DNA of 64,000 nt from a bacterium. GTDB taxonomy: Bacteria > Ratteibacteria > UBA8468 > B48-G9 > JAFGKM01. The notes beneath the pieces are model-generated. The model saw only the letters and a program-made list of their open reading frames with translations. It searched no databases and was not told where the DNA came from. The stretch is taken from positions 10,196-74,195 of the forward strand of contig JALNXB010000004.1 in the NCBI GenBank assembly GCA_023230585.1, given 5' to 3'. Numbering within the stretch: the stretch's first letter is position 1; every line of letters starts with the position of its first letter. A program made the translations under genes and the position numbers. Shown here one piece after another: positions 29,412 to 38,800 of the stretch.

Positions 29412-30527
29412 TTAAATTAGTCCTCTCTTTTTCAACTCATTAGATGCTTTTATAAACTTATCTTCTGATTTTGCAGTTTTTGACCAATCAATAAGTCTTT
29501 TTAACCCTTCCTCAAAAGAAACCTTAGGCACAAAACCTATATCTTTCTTTATTTTTGTTGTATCAGCGTAACAATGTCTGACATCTCCCTTTCTAAATTT
29601 AAATGTTATCTCTGGTTTAAGGTCTTTAACTTTTAAGAGTTTTATAAGAAGTTGCGCAATACCAGCAATACTAACTGGTTTACCTGAACCTACATTATAA
29701 ATCTGATAATTCGCATCTTCTTTTTCCATAGATAAAATACATGCATCAACAATATCCTCTACCCAAATAAAATCTCTCGTTTGAAGCCCATCCTCATATA
29801 TAACTGGCGGATTGTTATTCTTTATTCTGCTTAAAAATATTGCCGCAACCCCTGTATAAGGGTTAGATAATGATTGTCTTGGACCATAAACATTAAAAAA
29901 TCTTAGTGCTGTAACAGGTATACCATAAGTCTTACCTATAAGTATGGACATTTCTTCTTGCTCTTTTTTGCTAATGGCATATATAGAGTTAGAAACAAGA
30001 GGGGTATCTTCTGTTGTAGGTATTGGTTTTAAGGTTCCGTTACAGGTAGGACACACTGGTTCCCAAGAAGTGATTTTTGAGCCATAAAACTCTCGTAAAG
30101 GCGGTTTAACTATCCCGCAACTTGAGCAAGTATAGAGCCCTTCACCGTAGATACTCATTGATGAAGCAACAACAAATTTTTTTACTGTATGTTTTTCATT
30201 AACAAGAATATCCAAAAGATTTGCAGTACCTCTAATGTTGGCGTCAACATATTTTGATATCTGATACTGAGATTGACCCACCCCAACAGCAGCTGCCAGA
30301 TGGATTATATAATCACAATTCTGAACAACTTCTTTAAAAACATTTTTGTTTCTTACATCTCCTCTAACAAATTTTGCACCTATATTGTAATATTCAGGCA
30401 GACCATTAGGGTGGACCTGTTTTTCAAGGTTATCAAAAACCGTTGTTTTATACCCTTTTTTAACAAGTTTATCAACAACATAACTTCCTATAAAACCCAA
30501 ACCACCAGTAACAAGAACTCTTTTCAC
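29412..30527 (-). CDS. NAD-dependent sugar epimerase/dehydratase (extended SDR) with an inserted CxxC...CxxC zinc ribbon
   Basis: VLVTGGLGFIGSYV Rossmann motif and YAISK catalytic YxxxK. The insertion is YTCSSCGIVKPPLREFYGSKITSWEPVCPTCNG (aa ~133-163). Confidence 0.8.
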   Translation of the reverse strand: MKRVLVTGGLGFIGSYVVDKLVKKGYKTTVFDNLEKQVHPNGLPEYYNIGAKFVRGDVRNKNVFKEVVQNCDYIIHLAAAVGVGQSQYQISKYVDANIRGTANLLDILVNEKHTVKKFVVASSMSIYGEGLYTCSSCGIVKPPLREFYGSKITSWEPVCPTCNGTLKPIPTTEDTPLVSNSIYAISKKEQEEMSILIGKTYGIPVTALRFFNVYGPRQSLSNPYTGVAAIFLSRIKNNNPPVIYEDGLQTRDFIWVEDIVDACILSMEKEDANYQIYNVGSGKPVSIAGIAQLLIKLLKVKDLKPEITFKFRKGDVRHCYADTTKIKKDIGFVPKVSFEEGLKRLIDWSKTAKSEDKFIKASNELKKRGLI

Positions 30528-31501
30528 TTTTCCTCCTGTTTGGTGTTAAGAATTTTCTCTTGAAAATAATCTAAGGTTTTTCTAAGACCTTCTTCAAGAG
30601 CCACTTTTGGTTGCCAACCCAACAACTCCTTGGCTTTACTTATATCTGGTCGGCGTCGTTTAGGATCGTCTTCGAGAGGTGCCATAAACACCATATTTGA
30701 TTTTTTGTTTTGTAGTTTCTGTATCAATTCAGCCAACTCTATAACAGTAAATTCTCCTGGATTTCCAAGATTTACTGGGAGATGATAATCTTTTTCTATC
30801 AATAAGGTTATACCTTTTATAAGGTCATCAACGTAACAAAAACTTCTAGTCTGCTTACCGTCTCCATAAATAGTGAAAGATTGATTTGATAAAGATTGGT
30901 GTATAAAGTTAGGAATAACCCTACCATCGTTTAACCTCATACGAGGACCATAAGTATTAAAAATCCTTACAATATGGGTATTCAAATTGTATTTCCTGTT
31001 GTAAGCCATAGTTATTGCTTCACCATATCTTTTCCCTTCATCATATACAGAACGGACTCCAATTGAATTAACGTTACCCCAATATTCTTCATTCTGTACT
31101 GGTATTAAAGGGTCACCGTAAACTTCTGAAGTAGAAGAATATAAGAACGCAGCACCAGAAGAGAGGGCAAGCTTAAGACAATTTTCTGTTCCAATAGAAT
31201 TTACTCTCAAGGTTTCAAAAGGAAATTTAAAATAGTCGGGAGGTGAAGCTGGACTTGCAAGATGGTAAACATAATTAAAATCTGTAGGCATATTTTCTGG
31301 AGTAAAATCTATGACATCTTTTTCAATAAAAGTAAAGTTTCTATCGTTTAAATATTCTTCAATATTATCTCTGCTACTGGTAATAAAATTATCCATACAC
31401 CAGACCTCACAGTTGTTCTTCAAATAATGTCCGCAAAGAAAACTTCCAAGAAAACCTGCACCTCCACTAATAAAGACTTTTTTCTTATCCATTTTTACCA
31501 A
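30524..31501 (-). CDS. UDP-glucuronate decarboxylase (UDP-xylose synthase-like)
   Basis: VFISGGAGFLGSFL, YDEGKRYGE, IVRIFNTYGPRM. 325 aa. Immediately downstream of ugd. Confidence 0.85.
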   Translation of the reverse strand: MVKMDKKKVFISGGAGFLGSFLCGHYLKNNCEVWCMDNFITSSRDNIEEYLNDRNFTFIEKDVIDFTPENMPTDFNYVYHLASPASPPDYFKFPFETLRVNSIGTENCLKLALSSGAAFLYSSTSEVYGDPLIPVQNEEYWGNVNSIGVRSVYDEGKRYGEAITMAYNRKYNLNTHIVRIFNTYGPRMRLNDGRVIPNFIHQSLSNQSFTIYGDGKQTRSFCYVDDLIKGITLLIEKDYHLPVNLGNPGEFTVIELAELIQKLQNKKSNMVFMAPLEDDPKRRRPDISKAKELLGWQPKVALEEGLRKTLDYFQEKILNTKQEEK

Positions 31502-32810
31502 TCCCTTTATAAATAAATCCTAATTCTTTAAGTTTGTCTTTATCTAAACAGTTTCTCCCATCTATTATATATGGAGTTACCATTAGATTCTTAACTTTTG
31601 TAAAATCGAGAGCCAAAAATTCTTTCCATTCTGTTAGAAGTAACATCAGAGCAGTCTCTTCTACTGCCTCATACGCATTATCACAATAAACAACATTCGG
31701 AATTTCCTTTTTTGCTGTTTCCATAGATTCTGGGTCATAACATTTAAGAACTGCCCCTTCATCTAATAAAAGTTTTACAATTTTTATCGCTGGCGATTCT
31801 CTTATATCATCAGTATTAGGTTTAAAAGAGAGCCCTAAAACCCCAATCTTTTTCCCTTTCAAGTTCCATAACATCTTTTTTGCTTTACTTATAAGAAGAA
31901 ACTTTTGTTCACGGTTGATTTGCTGAACCTCTTTAAGTAGGTCGAAAGAGTATCCAAGTTCTTTTGAAAGTTGAATAAAAGCAGATACATCTTTAGGAAA
32001 ACACCCTCCCCCCCAGCCAATACCTGCCCTTAAAAATTCTTTGCCTATCCTTTTATCATATCCCATACCTTCTGCAACTTTTTCTATATCAGCCCCAACC
32101 CTTTCACAAATCTGAGAAATACCGTTTATGTAAGATATTTTTAAAGCAAGAAAAGAGTTTGAAGCGTGTTTAATTATTTCAGCACTCTTAACATCAGTAA
32201 AAATTATTGGAGCTTTAATTGATTTGTATATATCCTCAAACACAGTTTTTGCCCTTTCATTTTCTACCCCAACAACAATCCTATCTGGCTCCAAAAAATC
32301 TCTTATAGCGTTACCTTCGCTTAAAAATTCTGGGTTTGCAGCCACATCAAACTCTATCCCAGTTGGTGCTATAAGAGCAAGGGTTCTTTTTACCCATTCA
32401 CCAGTTAAAACAGGTACAGTACTCTTTTCAACAATAAGTTTATAAATAGGCTGGTTAGTATCTCTTTTTATATTAGCAAGTGATTTTGCTATCTCAACAG
32501 TAACATTCTCCACATACGAAAGGTCAGCACCGCCATCATCTGTTGCAGGAGTTCCAACAGCTATAAAAATTATTTCACTATTTACTGCCACCTCTTTTAC
32601 TGAAGTTGTAAAAGAAATATTACCACTTTTTACAACCTCTTCAATCAATTCTTTAAGCCCTGGCTCATAAAAAGGCATCTCAAGTTTGTTGATTTTTTCT
32701 ATCTTATCAATATCTTTATCTGCACAAATAACAGTATGTCCAAGTTTAGCAAAACACCCAGCCGTTACAAGCCCTACATGACCAGCGCCTATAATACCTA
32801 TTTTTTTCAT
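31485..32810 (-). CDS. ugd: UDP-glucose 6-dehydrogenase
   Basis: IGIIGAGHVGLVTAGCFA and the catalytic GWGGGCFPKD. 441 aa. Confidence 0.93.
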   Translation of the reverse strand: MKKIGIIGAGHVGLVTAGCFAKLGHTVICADKDIDKIEKINKLEMPFYEPGLKELIEEVVKSGNISFTTSVKEVAVNSEIIFIAVGTPATDDGGADLSYVENVTVEIAKSLANIKRDTNQPIYKLIVEKSTVPVLTGEWVKRTLALIAPTGIEFDVAANPEFLSEGNAIRDFLEPDRIVVGVENERAKTVFEDIYKSIKAPIIFTDVKSAEIIKHASNSFLALKISYINGISQICERVGADIEKVAEGMGYDKRIGKEFLRAGIGWGGGCFPKDVSAFIQLSKELGYSFDLLKEVQQINREQKFLLISKAKKMLWNLKGKKIGVLGLSFKPNTDDIRESPAIKIVKLLLDEGAVLKCYDPESMETAKKEIPNVVYCDNAYEAVEETALMLLLTEWKEFLALDFTKVKNLMVTPYIIDGRNCLDKDKLKELGFIYKGIGKNG

Positions 32811-32882
32811 TTTAAAATTCTCCTAACTATCTTTCTCGCCCTAAATACTCATCTCTACATAGAGCCAAAAAGTAATAAACTC

Positions 32883-33929
32883 TCACTTTTTTTTATTTAC
32901 TTTCTCTATCAAAGAAATATTTTTCCAAATCCATCCTGTAAGTTGCTCTATCCCTTTTTCTTTTGATATTTTAGGTTTCCACCCAACTTCCGTTTCAAGT
33001 TTAGAATTATCGCTAACAAAAACTTTTTGGTCACCAGGACGCCAATCCGAAAACGAATACTCAATATCTAATTTAAGGGACCCTTTCAATAACTCTATAA
33101 ATTCCAGTAAAGAAAGAGTATTGTCAGCACCACCACCTATGTTGTAAATTTTACCTTCTGTTTTTTTAATCTTTTTAACAGCAGATAAATACGCTTTTAC
33201 CAAATCAGAAACTTCAAGAAGGTCTCTTATCTGTTTACCGTCCCCATATATATTTAGTTTTCCATCAAGAATACTCTTAATTATAAAATGTGCTACCCAC
33301 CCTTGGTCTTCGTTTCCATACTGGAATTTTCCATATATACAAGATTGTCTAAAAACAATTGTTTTTAGTCCATATATTCTATGGTAATCTCTAACGTATT
33401 GGTCGGCAACACCTTTAGAAACTCCATAAGGTGAGTATAAATCAAGACACTCTTTTTCTGAGACACCCTTTCTTTTGCTACAAAGTAGGTACCTTTTTTT
33501 ACCTTCCTTTAATTTTATATGTGATAAAGCGCCATATACCTTGTTGGTTGAAGCAAAAGTGAAAATTGCTTCAGGTACAACCTTTCTTGTTGCTTCCAAA
33601 AGGTAGAGTGTTCCTTCAGCATTGATTTTAAAATCCTCAACAGGGTCTTCTACCGACTTAGTTACTGCAACCTGTGCAGCAAGATGATAAATCTCTTTAC
33701 ATTCTTGCATAACATCTTTAAGTTGGTTATAATCCCTAATATCTCCCTTAACAAATTCAAGATTTTTATATTTTTGCGATAGCAGATAGTTAAGGTTATT
33801 TTCTGTACCTTTCCTTGAAAGGTTATCAAAGACAACAACAAAATTATTTTTATTTTTTAATAGTTCAATAACAAGATTAACCCCAATAAAACCTGCTCCA
33901 CCTGTTACTATGATTTTTTTCTTATTCAT
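32883..33929 (-). CDS. Extended SDR nucleotide-sugar epimerase (CDP-paratose 2-epimerase-like)
   Basis: IIVTGGAGFIGVNL, YSPYGVSKGVADQY, and GNEDQGWVAHF, which I recall as typical of tyvelose/paratose epimerases. 348 aa. Confidence 0.68.
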   Translation of the reverse strand: MNKKKIIVTGGAGFIGVNLVIELLKNKNNFVVVFDNLSRKGTENNLNYLLSQKYKNLEFVKGDIRDYNQLKDVMQECKEIYHLAAQVAVTKSVEDPVEDFKINAEGTLYLLEATRKVVPEAIFTFASTNKVYGALSHIKLKEGKKRYLLCSKRKGVSEKECLDLYSPYGVSKGVADQYVRDYHRIYGLKTIVFRQSCIYGKFQYGNEDQGWVAHFIIKSILDGKLNIYGDGKQIRDLLEVSDLVKAYLSAVKKIKKTEGKIYNIGGGADNTLSLLEFIELLKGSLKLDIEYSFSDWRPGDQKVFVSDNSKLETEVGWKPKISKEKGIEQLTGWIWKNISLIEKVNKKK

Positions 33930-35436
33930 TTGTCTCCCTCTCTATATGATAAACCCAGAGAAAATGGTATTCTTTCTTTTCCCTGTTTTTTAAAAAATCA
34001 AGAAAAGAGAAATTTTTTACAAACATTTCTTCTTTAATTTTAACAGATTTTTTGTTTAATAAGAAATCTTTAACTTTTTCGTTCCATTCTGGTTCAACAA
34101 AACCGTAATCTAAAAGTAGCCAATAACTATTATATTTGTTTTTAATTTTTAACAACTCTTCATCTAAATCCCGCATATTTGAAGGATTAACTTCAAACAT
34201 AGTAGAAGTACCTTTGTAATACCAATCCCAAGGAGAGTATTTAGGAAAAAAATCGGTAAACCGTCTTTCTCTTTTTTCAGTGAACAAAACCGCTTCTCCC
34301 TCTCTTTCTTCTTCTTGTATCATTTTGCTTACCTCTCTATACGGGGTAAGTTTGCTAACATCGTGGTACTCTAAACTATCACCTTTATAATAAAAATATA
34401 TCGGTGGTAGAAGAAATAATGGTAGGAGAAATGAAAACACTTTTTTTTGCAGAACTTTTCTTTCCATATTCACACCAGAAGATATAAGAATAAAAAATAA
34501 AGGTTGTAAAAGAATAAGGTTTTGAGGAATCGTTGCTTTAACAGTAAAATATAAAATTATTGAAATACCTAACGAAATAATAGAAAAATTTTCCAGCACC
34601 TCCTTCTTTTTTTTAAAAACACCTTTTAAGAAAAAGAAAACAAAAAGAAGACCTCCAGGTACAACAAAAATTAAATTTAAAGGTGAGAGTGTTTCCCCAA
34701 AAGTGAAGTAGAAAAACGTATACCCAAGCCGCAAAAAGGGATTTGTTATTGTATGGTAAGCACCTTTAACATAATTTAGTTGAGGTAATAAGAATATTCC
34801 GAGATAAGGAACAGAAAAGAGTGCGATAACCAAAACAGGCAATATGAAAGGTTTTAGTTGGTCTTTTTTCTTACTTAAAAACAATATTATTACCTGAGAT
34901 AATAAAATTATTCCTCCATAATGGTGGAGGTAGACCGAGAGTATCGTTGAAAAAGACCAGAAAAAAACAAATTTAAACCGATTTTCTTTTAAGAGCGATA
35001 AGAAAGAATATAATGATACGAGTGAAAAGAAGGTAAGCATACTGTAAGATTTTATCATCTGTGACCATAAGATTGCAGCAGGAGATAAAACAAAAAGAGT
35101 TAAAGGTAGAACGATTTTTTCTTTATTAAAAAAATTTCTTAATAAAAAATAAAAAATGATAATTGACCCTCCACCAAAAACTGCTGGCAAAAACCTTAAG
35201 CCAAACTCACTTTGGGTAAATTTTAAAATAAAATGGTATATATAATAGAAGAAAGGTGGATGTGCATCTCTTTCTATAATCCACCTCACCATATCAGATG
35301 AATTTAGTTTCGCAAGAGAGATTGCAATAAATTCATCACACCAGAGACTTCTTTTAGAAATCAAAAAAAATCTTAAAAAAATCCCTACGGATATTAAACA
35401 AATTATTCCTATGTATGACTTGTTTTTTTTAATCAT
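33922..35436 (-). CDS. GT-C fold membrane glycosyltransferase (ArnT/PMT-like)
   Basis: 504 aa. RSLWCDEFIAI in the first periplasmic loop, ~11 TM helices, soluble C-terminal domain. Confidence 0.7.
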   Translation of the reverse strand: MIKKNKSYIGIICLISVGIFLRFFLISKRSLWCDEFIAISLAKLNSSDMVRWIIERDAHPPFFYYIYHFILKFTQSEFGLRFLPAVFGGGSIIIFYFLLRNFFNKEKIVLPLTLFVLSPAAILWSQMIKSYSMLTFFSLVSLYSFLSLLKENRFKFVFFWSFSTILSVYLHHYGGIILLSQVIILFLSKKKDQLKPFILPVLVIALFSVPYLGIFLLPQLNYVKGAYHTITNPFLRLGYTFFYFTFGETLSPLNLIFVVPGGLLFVFFFLKGVFKKKKEVLENFSIISLGISIILYFTVKATIPQNLILLQPLFFILISSGVNMERKVLQKKVFSFLLPLFLLPPIYFYYKGDSLEYHDVSKLTPYREVSKMIQEEEREGEAVLFTEKRERRFTDFFPKYSPWDWYYKGTSTMFEVNPSNMRDLDEELLKIKNKYNSYWLLLDYGFVEPEWNEKVKDFLLNKKSVKIKEEMFVKNFSFLDFLKNREKKEYHFLWVYHIERETNE

Positions 35437-36230
35437 AAAATATCTTTTTTGAGAATTACAATTAAACTCTTGTTTGAAAATAAAAATTTATACAAAAAGG
35501 GTATAACTCCCTTTAAATTAAGTTTTGTTAAAGTTTGAAATTCTTTTACCTTAAAACTATTAAAAAAAAGAAGCTCTAAACTTTCTGATATTATCTTAAA
35601 TGAATCAGTATAAAAATGAAACATTTGTGCCGGTATATGAAGTAAAGATTTGCTTTTTCCAGTAAAAGATAACAAATTAGTAAAAAAAAGAGTAAACCGT
35701 GAATAGTAAGGTGTTTTAATTATAATAACGCCACCTGGTTTTAATAACTTTTTACAACTTTTAAGATAAGATAATGGGTCTTCCAAATGGGCAAGAACAT
35801 CAAAAATTGTTATTATATCAAAATAATTTTCAGGCAGTCTGGCTTCTGATAAAGAAATCTGGTTAACAGTAAACCCTTTTTCTTGAGAATACGAAGCAGC
35901 AAAAGAAGAAACCTCCTGCCCATAAACCTCGCACCCTTTCTCTTCTGCAACCTCCAGCAAAATACCTATACCGCAACCTACATCCAGAAGTTTACCTTTT
36001 AGTTTTACATAATTTTCAATCTTTGAGAGTAGTTTAATTAAGTACCTTTTTCTTTCTAAGTAGTAGTTGATATACCATTTGTGAAAATAATTTTTATCGT
36101 ATATCTTCTCAGGGTGTGGTGGCAAAGGATACAAAAAAGCAGTTTCGCAATTTTTACATTTGTATAATTTGTATTTACTGTCTCTCCATACCAACTTACT
36201 CTTATTTGAACAAATTGAACATTTAACCAT
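35433..36230 (-). CDS. Class I SAM-dependent methyltransferase with N-terminal zinc ribbon
   Basis: CSICSNKSKLVWRDSKYKLYKCKNCETAF followed by the SAM motif LLDVGCGIG. 265 aa. Confidence 0.8.
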   Translation of the reverse strand: MVKCSICSNKSKLVWRDSKYKLYKCKNCETAFLYPLPPHPEKIYDKNYFHKWYINYYLERKRYLIKLLSKIENYVKLKGKLLDVGCGIGILLEVAEEKGCEVYGQEVSSFAASYSQEKGFTVNQISLSEARLPENYFDIITIFDVLAHLEDPLSYLKSCKKLLKPGGVIIIKTPYYSRFTLFFTNLLSFTGKSKSLLHIPAQMFHFYTDSFKIISESLELLFFNSFKVKEFQTLTKLNLKGVIPFLYKFLFSNKSLIVILKKDIL

Positions 36231-36233
36231 ATA

Positions 36234-36908
36234 TCAGAACCTATGTTTTAAAAGAGTCCATATAGCTATGGCGCCATCTTTCCATCTAATTTTTTTACCT
36301 TCTTTGATATTTCTCGGTGCATACTTGATTGGAACCTCATATATTTTGTACCTTTTCTTAAGAACCTTTGCTGTTACTTCCGGACAAAACTCAAACCCCA
36401 TACACTCAAGTTTTATTGATTTAATTAAGTCTGTCTTAAACATCTTATAGCAGGTTGGCTCATCAGTAATTTTTGTGCCATAAAGAATATTGGTTATCAC
36501 AGATAGCAGTCGACCACCGAAATAGAAAGCTAATGAAGATTTTTTACCTTTCCCTAAAATTCTTGAACCGTAAATAACCGACAAGTTTTTCTCTTTCATA
36601 ACCTCCAACATCTTAATCCAATCAAATGGGTCATATTCAAGGTCACCGTCTTGTATAACAACAACATCTCCGCTTATATATTTAAGTCCTTCTCTTATGG
36701 CTGAACCTTTACCTTGGTTCTTATCTTTTAATACAACTTTCAGGTTATCTGAAGATAAACCTTTAAGAATATCTCTGGTTCCATCGGTGCTGCCATCATC
36801 GACTATAATAATTTCCTTATCTAAAGGAACCGCTTGAACCCTCTTAAGAATTTCTTCAATTGTTTTAATTTCATTAAATACAGGAATTATAACCGATAAT
36901 TTCATCAC
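36234..36908 (-). CDS. GT2 polyprenyl-phosphate glycosyltransferase (ArnC-like)
   Basis: LSVIIPVFNEIKTI, VDDGSTDGT, QDGDLEYDP. 224 aa. Confidence 0.83.
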   Translation of the reverse strand: MMKLSVIIPVFNEIKTIEEILKRVQAVPLDKEIIIVDDGSTDGTRDILKGLSSDNLKVVLKDKNQGKGSAIREGLKYISGDVVVIQDGDLEYDPFDWIKMLEVMKEKNLSVIYGSRILGKGKKSSLAFYFGGRLLSVITNILYGTKITDEPTCYKMFKTDLIKSIKLECMGFEFCPEVTAKVLKKRYKIYEVPIKYAPRNIKEGKKIRWKDGAIAIWTLLKHRF

Positions 36909-36944
36909 CCCTCCTTTTTTTTACAAGCCTGACCATCCAAACCT

Positions 36945-38135
36945 TTAACATCCACCCTTCTCCCGCTTGATTGTCGGAATAACCCATTCCTCCACCTTAA
37001 AAAAACCGTACACTGCCAATATAATATAAAACGGCTCTATAGGCAACCGATATCTTATGGAAGCAAGAAAAACCATATGAAAAATAGTGAAAAACACTAT
37101 TAATAGATGCATAAATTGTGCACCACGCTTTTTTAATGTTAGAAAAAAACCTAACAGAAAGAAAGGCATCATTACTCCAAAACTCATTATGCTTATACCT
37201 TTGTAAAGAGGTTTTGTATAATCTAAAGCGTTTGGGATAATATTCCAGAACCTCTTAAATTTGTTTGCCAAGAGCCATACAAACCGTTTAGGGTTCTCCT
37301 TGATAACATCAAAAGTCATTTTATATAGTATTTGGTCTCTTTCAGTTTCTTCAACAGACATTATATTTTCTGGAAAAAACTGGCAAGGTCCACCATCAGA
37401 ATTTGGGTTATTACCTTCCCAAAAAACATACCCTCCCATAGTAGTACCGGGAATAACTTTTTTGAAAAGAGTATAGTTGCGGATAACCCAAGGGCTTATA
37501 GTAAGAGAAAAAAAGAGCAATAGTATGAAAGATTTTTGCAATTTTGGTTTTACTGCTTCTTTAGTTATTAAAATAAGAAATAATATAAATGGCAAAAAAC
37601 TCTGCATTGTAGGCCTGCATAAACCAGCAAGCCCAAGAGTTATACCTGCAAATATATAATATTTTATATTTTTTTCAAGATTTACAAATATATAAAAGGT
37701 TAAAACTACCAAAAAAAGAAATAGGGTTTCAGTTAACAAAAACCCGTTATAAAAGATAAAGAAGGGATAAAAAACACTTATTATTCCAGAGACAATGCCT
37801 ACCTTTTTAGAAAAGACCTTTTCCCCTATAAGATAAATCAATGGGACTGTTAAAGATGATAAGAACACCTGAAAAATTCGGATACCAGTAAGACCTAATT
37901 TGAAATAATAAAAAATACTTGCTATCAGAGGATATAAAGGAGGTCTAAAACCTTTAATATGTTCACCTGCTATTAGACCTTTACCAGAAAAAAAGTTCTG
38001 TATCATTCTGTAATACTCACTCTCATCATCAAAGTAGAACTCTTTTTTTAAAGTTAATATAAAAATTAATCGTATTACAAAACTTGCTATAAAAAGAATT
38101 AAAACGATTTTTCTATTTTCTTGTTGCTTTTCCAT
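36945..38135 (-). CDS. GT-C fold membrane glycosyltransferase (ArnT-like)
   Basis: 396 aa, YFDDESEYY then RPPLYPL loop, ~10 TM helices. 37-nt overlap with the upstream deacetylase gene. Confidence 0.7.
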   Translation of the reverse strand: MEKQQENRKIVLILFIASFVIRLIFILTLKKEFYFDDESEYYRMIQNFFSGKGLIAGEHIKGFRPPLYPLIASIFYYFKLGLTGIRIFQVFLSSLTVPLIYLIGEKVFSKKVGIVSGIISVFYPFFIFYNGFLLTETLFLFLVVLTFYIFVNLEKNIKYYIFAGITLGLAGLCRPTMQSFLPFILFLILITKEAVKPKLQKSFILLLFFSLTISPWVIRNYTLFKKVIPGTTMGGYVFWEGNNPNSDGGPCQFFPENIMSVEETERDQILYKMTFDVIKENPKRFVWLLANKFKRFWNIIPNALDYTKPLYKGISIMSFGVMMPFFLLGFFLTLKKRGAQFMHLLIVFFTIFHMVFLASIRYRLPIEPFYIILAVYGFFKVEEWVIPTIKREKGGC

Positions 38136-38800
38136 ATCTTTACCTTAAAAATTAAAAAATTGTTATGACTATAAATCCCTGTTCTTGGTATTGTGTACTC
38201 TGTTACCTCTAACTTTCTTTTACCCGGTGTTACAAACGCTCCTGCATAACCAGCTTCTTTTACTGCATCAACCACTCTTTGATTAAAATCTCCATAAGGA
38301 TAACAGAAAAAATCAACCTTTTTTCCTATCTTATCTTCAATAATTTTTTTTGAGTCATATACTTCTGTTTTCAGTTCTTTGTTTTCAAGGGTGGGTAGGT
38401 GTAAATGTTTCAACCCGTGAGAACCAAACTCTACCTGCCTCCCAACCATCTCTTTTATCTCTTTCCAGTTTAAAAACCGCTCCTTATCAGAAAACTCGTA
38501 TCTTGGAAGTGTCTTATTTGTCCCTATAAAATCAACACTAATAAATATAATGGGTCTAATATGTAACTTTTCCATAACCGGTAACCCATACCAGAGATTA
38601 TCAGCAAAACCATCATCAAAAGTTACACAAAACCTATTCTTTTCAAGAAGTATTTTAGTTCCTGTTGAAATTTCATTTATACTGGTTGGTATAAACTTTC
38701 GTCTGATTAAATATTTCATCTGTCTTTTAAAAGTTTCAGGCGAAACACTTAAAGCATCCTTTTTATACCAAGGGTTAACTCTATGATACGCTAAGACCAT
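38099..38800 (-). CDS. Polysaccharide deacetylase (CE4 / ArnD-like)
   Basis: VTFDDGFADN (metal Asp-Asp) and FGSHGLKHLHL (His-His). 233 aa. Confidence 0.8.
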   Translation of the reverse strand: MVLAYHRVNPWYKKDALSVSPETFKRQMKYLIRRKFIPTSINEISTGTKILLEKNRFCVTFDDGFADNLWYGLPVMEKLHIRPIIFISVDFIGTNKTLPRYEFSDKERFLNWKEIKEMVGRQVEFGSHGLKHLHLPTLENKELKTEVYDSKKIIEDKIGKKVDFFCYPYGDFNQRVVDAVKEAGYAGAFVTPGKRKLEVTEYTIPRTGIYSHNNFLIFKVKIWKSNKKIEKSF

